This document shows, one piece after another, positions 29,533-38,958 of a stretch of DNA of 58,172 bases. Both the position numbers and the translations under genes were made by a program. Numbering within the stretch: the stretch's first letter is position 1; each line of letters starts with the position of its first letter. The notes beneath the pieces were generated by a model that was not told the DNA's origin, made no database searches, and was given only the letters and a program-made list of their open reading frames with translations. Source of the stretch: a virus (lineage: Duplodnaviria; Caudoviricetes); the IMG/VR virus record IMGVR_UViG_3300036766_000221, positions 1 to 58,172 of that record. One strand, written 5' to 3'.

Positions 29533-30744
29533 TTATGCCGCGGCTTCTGGCGTCGGAATCCATGGAGCACCGCCAAAATGGACATGATTTGCAAACTTGC
29601 TATCACATGTATTAAGAGCCTTATCGCACCCAGCCGTAGCTGTGAATGTGTCACCGGGTGCGGGTGCCTGCGGGAGAGCGTAAATCACGAGCGTGCCGTT
29701 TCCAAAATACTGCCGTACCACCCGGACGAGGCCGTTGTTGATGCCAGATGTGAATTTCACTGTCCCCTGCGCGAAATAACCTCCGGTTGCAATGGCCGGC
29801 GGTGGGACGCCCTGCTTTATGCCGGTTGCTGGCTCATCGAACGCGGTCGCAATGGCAATACCGCTCCCGTTCTGGCGCTGCTCGTCTCCAGGGGAGAATC
29901 CAACGTAGACATTCCATCCGTTCGCCCCTGACGCAGACGAAGGCGAGGCCACATGAAGCGTCTGGTTTGAGTTCAGCGCGATAGAAGCTTCCACAGAATA
30001 GCTCGACTCCCCAGCGGCCCCGTAATACGTCACCACGACGAAATAGCTCCGGATGCTTAGATTAACTCCCGAAGTATTTGTGACCGCGCTCAGGGTCGGA
30101 GCAGAAGATGGAGCCGCCAGTGGGCCGGGCTTCGTAAGATCGCTCGGGATCGTGATCGTGGTGGACCCGGAGCCTACCGTTCCATTAAACGTAAAAGCCG
30201 AAGCGGCGAGCGTGCAGCCGGCATCATAAAGCGTGTGGCGGCATCCCGGCGAGTACAGATTTCTCGGCAATTGAATATTCAGCAGTTCAATCAGGCTCTT
30301 GACAGTAATGCGTGCATGAGTTCGTCCGATCTCGCTGATGTCCGATACCGTACCAGCAAAGAGAACTACACTGCCCATGGAGACATCCCCAAGTGTTGGC
30401 ATGAATACCCGTTCTACCCGAACCGTCGCTCCATCGAAAGCTCCGGCTGCAATCTGAGCCAAGAGTGGCTGCGAATGAAGCTGATCCGACGCATTTGCGA
30501 TGATGTCGATATCGATGGAACTGACTTGCAAGCCGATCGTGTTTGATATATCTGAGCGCTTGATTTGGACGCCTGTCCCCGAGAATGTCTGCCCGCCAAA
30601 AGGGATATCCACCCCAAGGCTGTCGAGGCGAATCACAGTTGAATCCAGCAGTGTAAACGTGAAGAGGTCCGCCACAAAGAAGTTTTGGTTCGGCGATGGC
30701 ACGGCCAACAAGAAATTCTGGAGTGCTGTGCTGGCGGATTTCAC
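29533..30744 (-). CDS. DUF2163-type baseplate hub/tail protein
   Basis: GAFDGA.V, P.C.HTLYDAGC and GCDK...TC..KF.N..HFGG.P motifs. Confidence 0.9.
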   Translation of the reverse strand: MKSASTALQNFLLAVPSPNQNFFVADLFTFTLLDSTVIRLDSLGVDIPFGGQTFSGTGVQIKRSDISNTIGLQVSSIDIDIIANASDQLHSQPLLAQIAAGAFDGATVRVERVFMPTLGDVSMGSVVLFAGTVSDISEIGRTHARITVKSLIELLNIQLPRNLYSPGCRHTLYDAGCTLAASAFTFNGTVGSGSTTITIPSDLTKPGPLAAPSSAPTLSAVTNTSGVNLSIRSYFVVVTYYGAAGESSYSVEASIALNSNQTLHVASPSSASGANGWNVYVGFSPGDEQRQNGSGIAIATAFDEPATGIKQGVPPPAIATGGYFAQGTVKFTSGINNGLVRVVRQYFGNGTLVIYALPQAPAPGDTFTATAGCDKALNTCDSKFANHVHFGGAPWIPTPEAAA

Positions 30745-31091
30745 TCGTTATCCCTTGTCTGCTTTCTGGCCCCGAATCGATACTGTCCGACCACTGTCAT
30801 GAACTGAAGAAAGGTCATTAAACCTCCGAAGCCAATCATGATTCCGCGCAAAAACGTGATGTCGTTAACCACCTGTTGCGTGACCGTGCGGTTCAGATCT
30901 AAGGCTCTCTCAAGTTCCTTGCTCTGTTTCTCCAGCGAAGAAATTTTCTCTTCGTTGATGAGCTGACGTTCCCGCGTCATCTGGTGCGCACGTATCAAAT
31001 CGTCAACGACCCGGGAATTGCTCTGACCCCAGACCCATAGCACGAAAACAGTGAGCAGCCAAACAGCCCCAGTTATGCGCAGTATCCACAT
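30741..31091 (-). CDS. Membrane protein with coiled coil (lysis-associated?)
   Basis: TM-coiled coil-TM architecture. Confidence 0.6.
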   Translation of the reverse strand: MWILRITGAVWLLTVFVLWVWGQSNSRVVDDLIRAHQMTRERQLINEEKISSLEKQSKELERALDLNRTVTQQVVNDITFLRGIMIGFGGLMTFLQFMTVVGQYRFGARKQTRDNE

Positions 31092-31158
31092 GGGATGGAG
31101 GTATTTCGATTAGTCATTGCGACATTGACTACGACATGACAATTTGGCACCCTAGCAC

Positions 31159-31470
31159 TTAAGCGATACCTTTTCCATCAGTTGATAACCCGGAAACAGG
31201 TGGGGGTAGTGATGGCGGCTTTACTGTATTCTGGTGGGCCAGATTCATCCCCATTCCGGTCAGCATGCCCAGCAGCGCACCGATCACACCGGCGGTTACC
31301 TCGCGGCTCCAATTCAGCATCTCCGCATCGTTTTCGTGGTGCGAAACGTGGAGGACGTAGAAGAGCATAAACACTACCCACGAAAACAGAAGGAGGATAT
31401 TGAAGTGTGAGGCTCCGAACTCCCATGCTTCGTCGATCCTTCTCCGGAACCACTGTCCCCAAGTCTCCAT
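31159..31470 (-). CDS. Two-TM membrane protein (holin candidate)
   Basis: Two hydrophobic segments. Confidence 0.6.
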   Translation of the reverse strand: METWGQWFRRRIDEAWEFGASHFNILLLFSWVVFMLFYVLHVSHHENDAEMLNWSREVTAGVIGALLGMLTGMGMNLAHQNTVKPPSLPPPVSGLSTDGKGIA

Positions 31471-31474
31471 GGTT

Positions 31475-31651
31475 TTACTTCCCGGCGGTCGTTATCCCGT
31501 GCCGCAGAGATCCGGCGCCTAGCGCGACGAAGATGATGTCGATGGCGTCGTTCTGGGGCAGCGTGCCCAGGACCAACCAGCCGTAGATCGCGTAAGCGAT
31601 GGCCAAGACGGCCAGGATGTAGGTTTTGTGGCCGTTTAAGCGTGATAGCAT
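31475..31651 (-). CDS. Small holin-like protein
   Basis: LNGHKTYI + 2 TM + LRHG. Confidence 0.7.
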   Translation of the reverse strand: MLSRLNGHKTYILAVLAIAYAIYGWLVLGTLPQNDAIDIIFVALGAGSLRHGITTAGK

Positions 31652-31671
31652 TTCAGTCACCTCAGTTCGTG

Positions 31672-32283
31672 TTACGAGCGAACCTGGCGCAAGGGCACTC
31701 TCTTTAACTCGTAGAAGTGGCTTGCGAAACTCGAATATTCCAGAGCGTCATCGTTGAAGACCACGCGGTATTTGAACGAAAACGAAGCCGTAATTACAGC
31801 GCCATTCGCCGGCGCCGAGGTAAACGTGATGAGCGCTGTCGAACTGATTGTGTATGCCGACGTGGATGATCCATTGATCTTGACCGTGAGGCTCGTGACA
31901 TCGGTTAGCGGCTCCAGCACTCCGCCGCCGAGGTCACGTCCAACCTGGACGTTCTTGTTTGACCCGTTGCCGATCCCTATCTGCGCGTCGGTAGCGGAAT
32001 TGTCGTCGGGATCGAGATACAGGAATGAATCGAATCCGCCATAGCGAGCTTCAAAGAACCCACAGAGTGCTTGCAGAGTGAAGGCGAAGGCATCACCGTT
32101 CTTATGATAGTCGTTGTCATTGACGAACTCATATGGGACATCCCACTCTCGGAGCGGTGCAGCGTAGTTGGCGACGCGGACCTCACGTCCGGATAGCGAG
32201 CGTTGGATATTCGTCGAGAAGATGATGCGCCGAACTACCGGATATGTGAGGCCCGGCAGGGCTGGATACACTGCGTTACTCAC
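31672..32283 (-). CDS. DUF2460 distal tail protein
   Basis: SGRE.R, FFEARYG.FDSFLY.DP.D and F.F.YRVVF motifs; follows the tape measure. Confidence 0.9.
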   Translation of the reverse strand: MSNAVYPALPGLTYPVVRRIIFSTNIQRSLSGREVRVANYAAPLREWDVPYEFVNDNDYHKNGDAFAFTLQALCGFFEARYGGFDSFLYLDPDDNSATDAQIGIGNGSNKNVQVGRDLGGGVLEPLTDVTSLTVKINGSSTSAYTISSTALITFTSAPANGAVITASFSFKYRVVFNDDALEYSSFASHFYELKRVPLRQVRS

Positions 32284-35216
32284 GCGAACGCTCCGTTGCG
32301 AAATTGCTGTTTCACCATTCTCACGAATGATTTGGCATGTGTGTCGAGCATCCGGTCGATGCTGGGGCCATCGATGCCATTGACATTTGGAGCAAAGTGG
32401 AAGTGCATCTCCTGGCCGCCGCCACCTCCCGCCGCCATGGTTTGAATCATCTTCGATTCAGCGCGCGGCAGAACCATTTCATTCGCATGGAGTAGCGCTA
32501 AGCTATCCGAAGGAACAACCGCGCCCCGTTCCGCCGAGATCAGCGCCCCAAAGCCTTCCACGGCGACGAATGTTGCGGCAGCGACAACCGCACCTAGAGC
32601 AGGACCTATAACCGGTATACCGGCCATCGCTTGATAGGCTTTCGCGGCTGCTGCGGCAGCGGCATGGGTAACTTCCTTGATGCTCGATGCCGCACTGATT
32701 GCAATGGATTGTGCAGCCGCACTTGCATCAACCGCAACTTCCGCTTCTTTGGTGCCAGTGTGGAGTAACAACCCAATCGCCGCATGCTCAGCCTGCATCA
32801 ATAGCTTGCGCGCGAGCATCTGAATCCAGTCGAGCAGGATATCCTGACCGATCTTCGCCATGCCCTGTCGCAATGTCTCTTGGCCGCGAAGCATAGCCAT
32901 GACGTTCTGCTCCGTGGCTCTCGCAATCGGATCAAACACCTTGGCATAGGCCCCTTGCTGCAGCTTAAGTGTGTCCTGCGCAATCTTGGCTTGCTCCAGC
33001 GCGGCCCTGTCCTCAAGCGCCTGGATCTTGCTAAGTACGCCCTGTTTGCTTTGCAGATAGTTCTTGGCGCTGATATCCAGGCTCAACAATTCATCATTGA
33101 GGACGCGCAGTTGATGTGCCCTCTCCATCTTTTCCAGTTCCAGCAGCAGCGCGTCGTACTGTCGCTTCGTAAGCTGGTGAAGGATGAGTTGATTTTCCAG
33201 GTCTACTTTCTTCAGATTGGCCAGCGCTCCCTGGTGAGCTTCCTCTCCTCGGAGTTCGATCTCATGAGCGCGGGCGCGCTCCAGATTCAGCTCATTGGCC
33301 ACTTTCTGTGCGGCCAGCAGTTCCTTCTCGCGGAGTTTTTCCATTTCCTCCATGAGCTTATTGAGGTCTTTTTCTTCCTCTGCATTGATGCGCTTTTTCG
33401 CTTCGAGAATGGCCTCGGCGTTGCGCTGCGTTTTCAAGGTGTAGGCATCATCGAGCTCCAGGCGTTCATTCTGAATCCTCGCGCTGGCTGCGCCCTTATC
33501 GGGATCGGCCTGAGCGAGAGCCAGCTTGCGGCTATTGAGATCGCGCACAACCGCTATTTCCTGATCCGCGATGCGCTGGTCCAGCACGAACTTCTGATCT
33601 ACGGTAATCTGGCCGAGTTTCGCTTCGGCGTCAACGCGATCCCGCTGGAGTTCGAACAGCGCCTTCTGGTGGGCCTCCTGGCGAGACAGTTCAAGTTGAT
33701 TTAGCTGATAGCTGTTGTCTTTGCCCTTCTTGAGCAGCGCTTCGATTCGGCCTTGGTCTGCCGTGAGCTTGTCGTATTCCGATTGCTTGGCCTCGTAGGT
33801 TCCGGGGTCTATAATTGCGCCGGATTGCAGGACTGCCGCGAGCTTCCCGCGTTCTTCCTTGATTGATTTGAGTTGTGCCTCCAGACCCTCTTTGCTGGCA
33901 TCGAACGTGCGCTTGAATGCCGCGGCCAGTTCGGCCGTTTCAGCGATGGGCGCCAGCATTTCGGCCACGGCCTTTGCAGTGGCATCGATGATCTTGGCCC
34001 GGTGCTCAGCGGACATCTTCGCCATGGCTTCTGTGGTTGTGCGCAATTCGTTCGCGTAGGGATCAGGGACAACTGGATTTTTTGGATTGTCCGGAGCGGC
34101 ACCGCCCTTCAAACTCTGAGTAACTTCCATCAGAATAGGAACGACGATGGGCGCTATCTTCGCCGCGAGCGTGCGCTTTGTCTCTTCCCACGTCAGCCCA
34201 AGTTGTCTGGCCGCTTTATCGGCCCTCATAAGCGCCGCGGTCTCTTCCTCGTCCAGTCCGACGCCCAATTCCCGGACAATCTGCTTCAGATCCTGATGAT
34301 TCTTAATGAGCGGGATAATTTCTTTCGATGCCCGGCCGAGAATCACGTGTGCGATGGCGGCCCGCTCGGCTTCGTTGGTGATGCGTGACAGCGCTTCCAG
34401 CGTATCCAGGAGCACTGGGCCAAGTTCCCGGCTCTCTCCGGTTGCCGTGAACATCTGAACGCCGAGCTGGTGAAGGGCATCCGCCGCCTTCTTCCCCTCG
34501 CCCGTTGGTGACTCCAAAGCAGCGCCGAGCCGGAAGGAAGCCGTTGCCAGCGACGAAACCTCGACCCCAACGAGCTTTGCCTCCGCGGACAACTGAAGCG
34601 CCTGCGCCGTGGTGATACCCAGGCGATTCGCCAAATTCTCGGCCTGGCGCGTGGCTTCTCCGAATTCCCCCACGAGGTGGACTGCTTCGTATCCAGCCGC
34701 TACGAAAGCCCCGGTGATGCCTACCGCCGCAATGCCCACCGCTCCGAAGCTGGTAGCCCCCTCCTTAGCGATATCGCCCAGCGTCGCCATTGGGCGCTCG
34801 ACGAATTCTTTCAGCAGCTCGCCAAAGCGCGATGCCGCGCCGCCTCCCTTATTGGAAGCTTCCTCGATTGCCTTGTGAGCGTCGGCCAGTTGTTTGGCGG
34901 CCTCCGCAGCCCTTTGCTGCGCCACGGCGAGCACGGCAAGCGATGACCTCTCGTCGTCCTCGGCTTGCTTGGCGGCCCGTGACGCGGATCGGACTTGGTC
35001 CTTGGCTTTGCTTAGTTCTACCGAGGCACCAGCAGCAGTCACCCATCCGTTGCTTATTTTGGTTGTGGCCTCTTCTGATTCTGCGGCGAGTTGCTTGAAT
35101 GCATCCGACATGCCGGCCGCGGCAGTTTTTACAGAGGATACGGAGGACTCCATCCCCGCTTTTAGCGTGTCCACCGAAACTTCGGCGGCGATTTGGAGAA
35201 TGTTGCCGGTAGCCAT
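32280..35216 (-). CDS. Tape measure protein
   Basis: 978 aa, Ala-rich and helical; C-terminal LLHANEMVLP; position in the tail module. Confidence 0.9.
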   Translation of the reverse strand: MATGNILQIAAEVSVDTLKAGMESSVSSVKTAAAGMSDAFKQLAAESEEATTKISNGWVTAAGASVELSKAKDQVRSASRAAKQAEDDERSSLAVLAVAQQRAAEAAKQLADAHKAIEEASNKGGGAASRFGELLKEFVERPMATLGDIAKEGATSFGAVGIAAVGITGAFVAAGYEAVHLVGEFGEATRQAENLANRLGITTAQALQLSAEAKLVGVEVSSLATASFRLGAALESPTGEGKKAADALHQLGVQMFTATGESRELGPVLLDTLEALSRITNEAERAAIAHVILGRASKEIIPLIKNHQDLKQIVRELGVGLDEEETAALMRADKAARQLGLTWEETKRTLAAKIAPIVVPILMEVTQSLKGGAAPDNPKNPVVPDPYANELRTTTEAMAKMSAEHRAKIIDATAKAVAEMLAPIAETAELAAAFKRTFDASKEGLEAQLKSIKEERGKLAAVLQSGAIIDPGTYEAKQSEYDKLTADQGRIEALLKKGKDNSYQLNQLELSRQEAHQKALFELQRDRVDAEAKLGQITVDQKFVLDQRIADQEIAVVRDLNSRKLALAQADPDKGAASARIQNERLELDDAYTLKTQRNAEAILEAKKRINAEEEKDLNKLMEEMEKLREKELLAAQKVANELNLERARAHEIELRGEEAHQGALANLKKVDLENQLILHQLTKRQYDALLLELEKMERAHQLRVLNDELLSLDISAKNYLQSKQGVLSKIQALEDRAALEQAKIAQDTLKLQQGAYAKVFDPIARATEQNVMAMLRGQETLRQGMAKIGQDILLDWIQMLARKLLMQAEHAAIGLLLHTGTKEAEVAVDASAAAQSIAISAASSIKEVTHAAAAAAAKAYQAMAGIPVIGPALGAVVAAATFVAVEGFGALISAERGAVVPSDSLALLHANEMVLPRAESKMIQTMAAGGGGGQEMHFHFAPNVNGIDGPSIDRMLDTHAKSFVRMVKQQFRNGAFA

Positions 35217-35221
35217 CAGAT

Positions 35222-35566
35222 TTAATTAACGACAGTTTGCAGCTTGTTCTGCTCGGACAATGCCCACTCAGCCATATTGCGTAGATGAGACGGAAGTTTC
35301 TCCGCCCCTTGGCCGAAAATAGCGGATACTTCCGCGAGTTGCGCCATCGACTCGGCTTCGGAGATTCGCTTCATAGGAACCTTGGACTGTTTGAGATGGA
35401 CCGCGCCCAGGATCATGTGTGCTGGAGGATGCAACTTCCAGTACTCGAACAGGTCAACAACATCCGGCCATAGCATCGCTCTGACCTGCTCAAAACTCCA
35501 ACACAGAGCGGTTACGAGTTGACAGATAACTCCGGCGACGCCTGGGCCGCCGCCATCGCTTCCCCC
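35222..35566 (-). CDS. Tail assembly chaperone T-part, reached by -1 frameshift
   Basis: Slippery G GGG GAA at 35566..35560; the -1 frame is open into ORF 35222..35476. Confidence 0.75.
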   Translation of the reverse strand, partial: GGSDGGGPGVAGVICQLVTALCWSFEQVRAMLWPDVVDLFEYWKLHPPAHMILGAVHLKQSKVPMKRISEAESMAQLAEVSAIFGQGAEKLPSHLRNMAEWALSEQNKLQTVVN

Positions 35567-35880
35567 GGTGATTCCTCAACCTTGACAAGCTTCATCTTGG
35601 AGAATATGAGGATTTCCTCGAAAAGGCGCTCGACTGATATCAGATCGAGTTCCTTCCTGATCCGGTCCTTGTTCCAGACTGGCCCGTCACCGTTGATCGC
35701 AGGAGCAGCGTTGTTCAGTCCGGCGGCAACGAGATCGTACATCCCCACGGGAAGCAGTTTTCCCATCAGTGTGGCCCGGTCTTCTACGGTTCGTCCCAGA
35801 TAATCTTCGACCTGTTCCACGGTCAACGGGGCAATCATAAAGACCGCCCCGTCTATGTCGATACTTTTTCGCCTGGTCAT
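35512..35880 (-). CDS. Tail assembly chaperone G
   Basis: Between the major tail and tape measure genes; slippery site near the 3' end. Confidence 0.8.
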   Translation of the reverse strand: MTRRKSIDIDGAVFMIAPLTVEQVEDYLGRTVEDRATLMGKLLPVGMYDLVAAGLNNAAPAINGDGPVWNKDRIRKELDLISVERLFEEILIFSKMKLVKVEESPGEAMAAAQASPELSVNS

Positions 35881-35888
35881 GCGAGTCC

Positions 35889-36644
35889 TTAGCTCAGATC
35901 AGAGAAGAGCTTGCCAAGCGTGTTGCTGGCATCGACCCCGGCGTCCCAGGAAATATCCGAAATCCAGAAATCTTCCTGTTTTGTCGGGATGGAGATTGCG
36001 CCCATGGTGCAGGAATACAATTCCAGCCCGAATAGCTTGTTGCGGAAATTGTTGAAGATGAACGCCCGAAATTCCGGAGCGTATCCGAGCAACTGGTTGG
36101 AGAGCGTAATCGAAGTGCCGCGCGAAGCGCTGGTATATGTGTAGCTGATGAGCACCGCCAACCCGGTATCGGCAGCGGCGAATGTGTAAATGCCGGTCGC
36201 GGCATCTACTTTGTACTGCCCGGTAGTCGGAGTACCGCTAGCAACCTTAGTCAGTTGCACGCCCGTAAGCGCAAACGATACGCCATAATCGGTGACAAAA
36301 AATGCCGCATTGGTGACGGTTACAGCGAATGGAGTGGTAGGGATAGAATCCGTTTCCTCAACCGCCAGAATGGTCATCCCGGCGGCTTGTGCCTGGCCGA
36401 AATAGAGTTGGTTGAGCATGGATGGATCGAGCGTCGCGAACTTCGCCTTGCCGCCAACTTCGATCTTGCCGCGCGCCTTTGCAACAGGGAACTGATATTG
36501 GCCGTATAGCTTCTTCAGATCCCCTTTGAAGTCGATTGCGATTTCCTGCAAGATGCCGAGCTTATACGGCGTAGGATTTGCAGCCATGTTCCCTGCGTTC
36601 GGTACCGCAAAAAGAACACCGGTTCCGAATTGGATAATGCTCAT
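35889..36644 (-). CDS. Major tail tube protein
   Basis: FGTG.L, G.LQE..IDF.G..K.LYGQYQFP; position. Confidence 0.85.
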   Translation of the reverse strand: MSIIQFGTGVLFAVPNAGNMAANPTPYKLGILQEIAIDFKGDLKKLYGQYQFPVAKARGKIEVGGKAKFATLDPSMLNQLYFGQAQAAGMTILAVEETDSIPTTPFAVTVTNAAFFVTDYGVSFALTGVQLTKVASGTPTTGQYKVDAATGIYTFAAADTGLAVLISYTYTSASRGTSITLSNQLLGYAPEFRAFIFNNFRNKLFGLELYSCTMGAISIPTKQEDFWISDISWDAGVDASNTLGKLFSDLS

Positions 36645-36679
36645 TTACTTTTTCTCCTTTTATGTGTGACATATCTGGT

Positions 36680-37132
36680 TTACGGAACCAGGATGTTGAG
36701 CGGGACGATCGCCACTGCCTGCTGTCCCAAGATGCCTTGATCGATTAATGTGTCTCCGGCTGTCCAACAATGAGAAACTAACCCGCCAAGAGTTTGAATA
36801 TTGGATGGAGTAGCCAGCGCGTCGTCAATCGCTTTCAATAGCCCGTTGAGCTGACTAGACGCTAAGAATGTTTCTGTTCCCGGTGCCTCATTTGTGGCCG
36901 GCTGGTAACAGTAAATGAACAGAGAGACCGAAAGACTTAACTTGCCACCCGTTCCGCGCGGTTGCGGAGCACTCGATTCCTTGTCCATGCATATGAAAAG
37001 CGCCGGCTGCTGAGCCGGGCTGAGATCCGGCGGCATGATGTGGCGCCTGCTGATCGTGACGAACGTTGATCCCAGTTTGGACAGAATGAGCGCGAACAAA
37101 GCCACATAGATGGCCTCGCGGTCGATGCTCAT
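36680..37132 (-). CDS. Tail terminator-like protein
   Basis: REAIY.ALF, QPALF and QTLGGLVSHC; position. Confidence 0.7.
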   Translation of the reverse strand: MSIDREAIYVALFALILSKLGSTFVTISRRHIMPPDLSPAQQPALFICMDKESSAPQPRGTGGKLSLSVSLFIYCYQPATNEAPGTETFLASSQLNGLLKAIDDALATPSNIQTLGGLVSHCWTAGDTLIDQGILGQQAVAIVPLNILVP

Positions 37133-37596
37133 GCTGTTAATGCTTGGTTGACCCGACATTGGAGAAGCTGGAAAAACTCAGACTTAAAGCTGTCTGCCGT
37201 CTGAAAAAAGAACGGTCTAGCTGAAATATCGAATGCTTTATGCCCCATCCGATAGATGAGCTGACCGGCGATGTTCATGGCCATCAGCTTGTCGGCAACC
37301 GCCGGGACGTGCGCACCGTATTCCAGCCAGTAGTGAGGTTGCTTCCCCTGCGCACGCGGACGGTAGATCGCGGTGATCTTGTCTTCGGTTTCGATCACCC
37401 TTCCCGCGCGGCCTAGAATTTCTTCCAGGTAACCAGATTTGGTGCGTGAAGCAACCGCATCCGCTTCCGCCTGGGCAAGCGCTCGGATTCCGTCTCTCAT
37501 CCCCAGACGTATCCCAACCAGCACCCTCTCTTTGACGTGATCGATATTGGCCACCGTCGCATCGACGGAGCTTTGATCGATTGAGAAGAGGATCAT
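37129..37596 (-). CDS. Neck/tail completion protein (HK97 gp10-like)
   Basis: SG.L, WLEYG and ARPFF motifs. Confidence 0.65.
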   Translation of the reverse strand: MILFSIDQSSVDATVANIDHVKERVLVGIRLGMRDGIRALAQAEADAVASRTKSGYLEEILGRAGRVIETEDKITAIYRPRAQGKQPHYWLEYGAHVPAVADKLMAMNIAGQLIYRMGHKAFDISARPFFFQTADSFKSEFFQLLQCRVNQALTA

Positions 37597-38432
37597 TTTC
37601 GTTTGTTGGTTGCCGTGGTAGCCATTTCTGGCGTTCTTTCAGGAGGAGATTGCAGCGGGTCATATCGGCGATAGCGCTCAATTACCCGCTTTACCGTGGC
37701 GGGCATATCCTCATCAGGCGTGGAAACCGTTTCGCCCTGCGCCATGTGCTTTGAGGTCTGTCCAATCCACTGACGAGACTTATACCGATACGCGGTCCAC
37801 TCGCCCACGGCTTGCGCGGCGTCGAGTGGCGGGGTTACATATCCAGCGTTATAGGTGACCTGTATGACCCCACCATCCGCGAAGACCTTCCCGCTCAGAT
37901 ACAACTCGAAGCGCCGCTCCGGGTCCAAGTCTGTGTCCACAAAAGCCGATGCCAGGAAAGAAGCCGAATTGACCAACACTGCCGACAGAGAATTGATAGG
38001 CCAATGCCTCATGACCATCCGATCTCCGCCGTCGCCCTCTCTGATCTCCGAGTAGACTCCGGCCGGATAGAAATCTGGGCGCCCGATCTCGCGTAGGAAG
38101 TCGAAGCTTACGGCCGACACGAGATTCTGAAGCAACGTATCTTCCGTTGTTTGCGTGATCGTCAGCCATGCCTTGACCTGCGCAAGAGTACAAAGATCAG
38201 GAGCAACGCTGGCAAGAGCCGTTGCGAGTGTCCCAGGACCTCCGAACGAGACAGAAGGAACCGAGACGTAGCCACTTCCGGGAGCCGTGATGACAACCGC
38301 TACGACCGCCCCGCCCGAAACCACCGCCGTTGCCGCCGCTCCGCTCCCTGGTCCACCAAACGAAACCGCAGGCGCAGACGAATAGCCCGAGCCTCCGGCA
38401 GTGACGCTGACGGAAACGACGGGATTGGCCAT
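37593..38432 (-). CDS. Head-tail connector (gp6-like) with N-terminal GSGY..P.VSF repeats
   Basis: DLCTLAQVKAWL...D.LL..L and VTYNAGY..PP.D motifs. Confidence 0.75.
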   Translation of the reverse strand: MANPVVSVSVTAGGSGYSSAPAVSFGGPGSGAAATAVVSGGAVVAVVITAPGSGYVSVPSVSFGGPGTLATALASVAPDLCTLAQVKAWLTITQTTEDTLLQNLVSAVSFDFLREIGRPDFYPAGVYSEIREGDGGDRMVMRHWPINSLSAVLVNSASFLASAFVDTDLDPERRFELYLSGKVFADGGVIQVTYNAGYVTPPLDAAQAVGEWTAYRYKSRQWIGQTSKHMAQGETVSTPDEDMPATVKRVIERYRRYDPLQSPPERTPEMATTATNKRK

Positions 38433-38500
38433 TGTTTATTCGCTTAAAGTTGCCGGGCTTAGCGTTCGGGATACAGAACCGCAGTCCATAGCTTTCTTAG

Positions 38501-38954
38501 GGGACTTATATACTTAACTACAGTGCTCCATAGGAACTGCCCTCAAAGAACGCCTGAACAATGGAGCCGAAAACGTAGTCTTTCATCCGCTGATCCGCTG
38601 GCAGGCCGTCGTAGGGCATGAAACAGGGATGTAGTTTTCGCTCGGGATCTTTCACTGGCGCGTATTGCCAGCCCTCATTTCTCTTCTGCTCAAGCCATTT
38701 CTCATGAGAGGCTTCCGGGCGTGGCTTGCTACCAGCCTTGTGAGCTGAGAGGTGGAACTGAACGCCCTGAATCGCGGAATCTTTCTGCCATTGGGGTGCG
38801 TTAGCCCATTGCGGCTGAGACTGATCCCCGAGGGTTTCGCAGTACGCCCGATTGGCTTCGTGGCAGACTCGCGCTATCTGTTCCTCAAGTGGAATGTCCA
38901 TTGTTCTCCTTTGTTTTTGTTTTCAGTGCTGCTCTACTCATGTATATAATTCCC
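38501..38954. mobile_element. Non-autonomous IS1595-type cassette (MIC/MITE) with passenger gene
   Basis: Ends GGGACTTATATACTTAAC and TCATGTATATAATTCCC match the IS1595 TIR at 53145/54291; 8-bp TSD TTTCTTAG at 38493..38500 and 38955..38962. Confidence 0.9.
38518..38901 (-). CDS. RyR-domain protein
   Basis: IARVCHE.NR, SHEKW...K..EGW.Y...KD...K.HPC..PYD.LP..Q..KD motifs. Confidence 0.85.
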   Translation of the reverse strand: MDIPLEEQIARVCHEANRAYCETLGDQSQPQWANAPQWQKDSAIQGVQFHLSAHKAGSKPRPEASHEKWLEQKRNEGWQYAPVKDPERKLHPCFMPYDGLPADQRMKDYVFGSIVQAFFEGSSYGAL

Positions 38955-38958
38955 TTTC

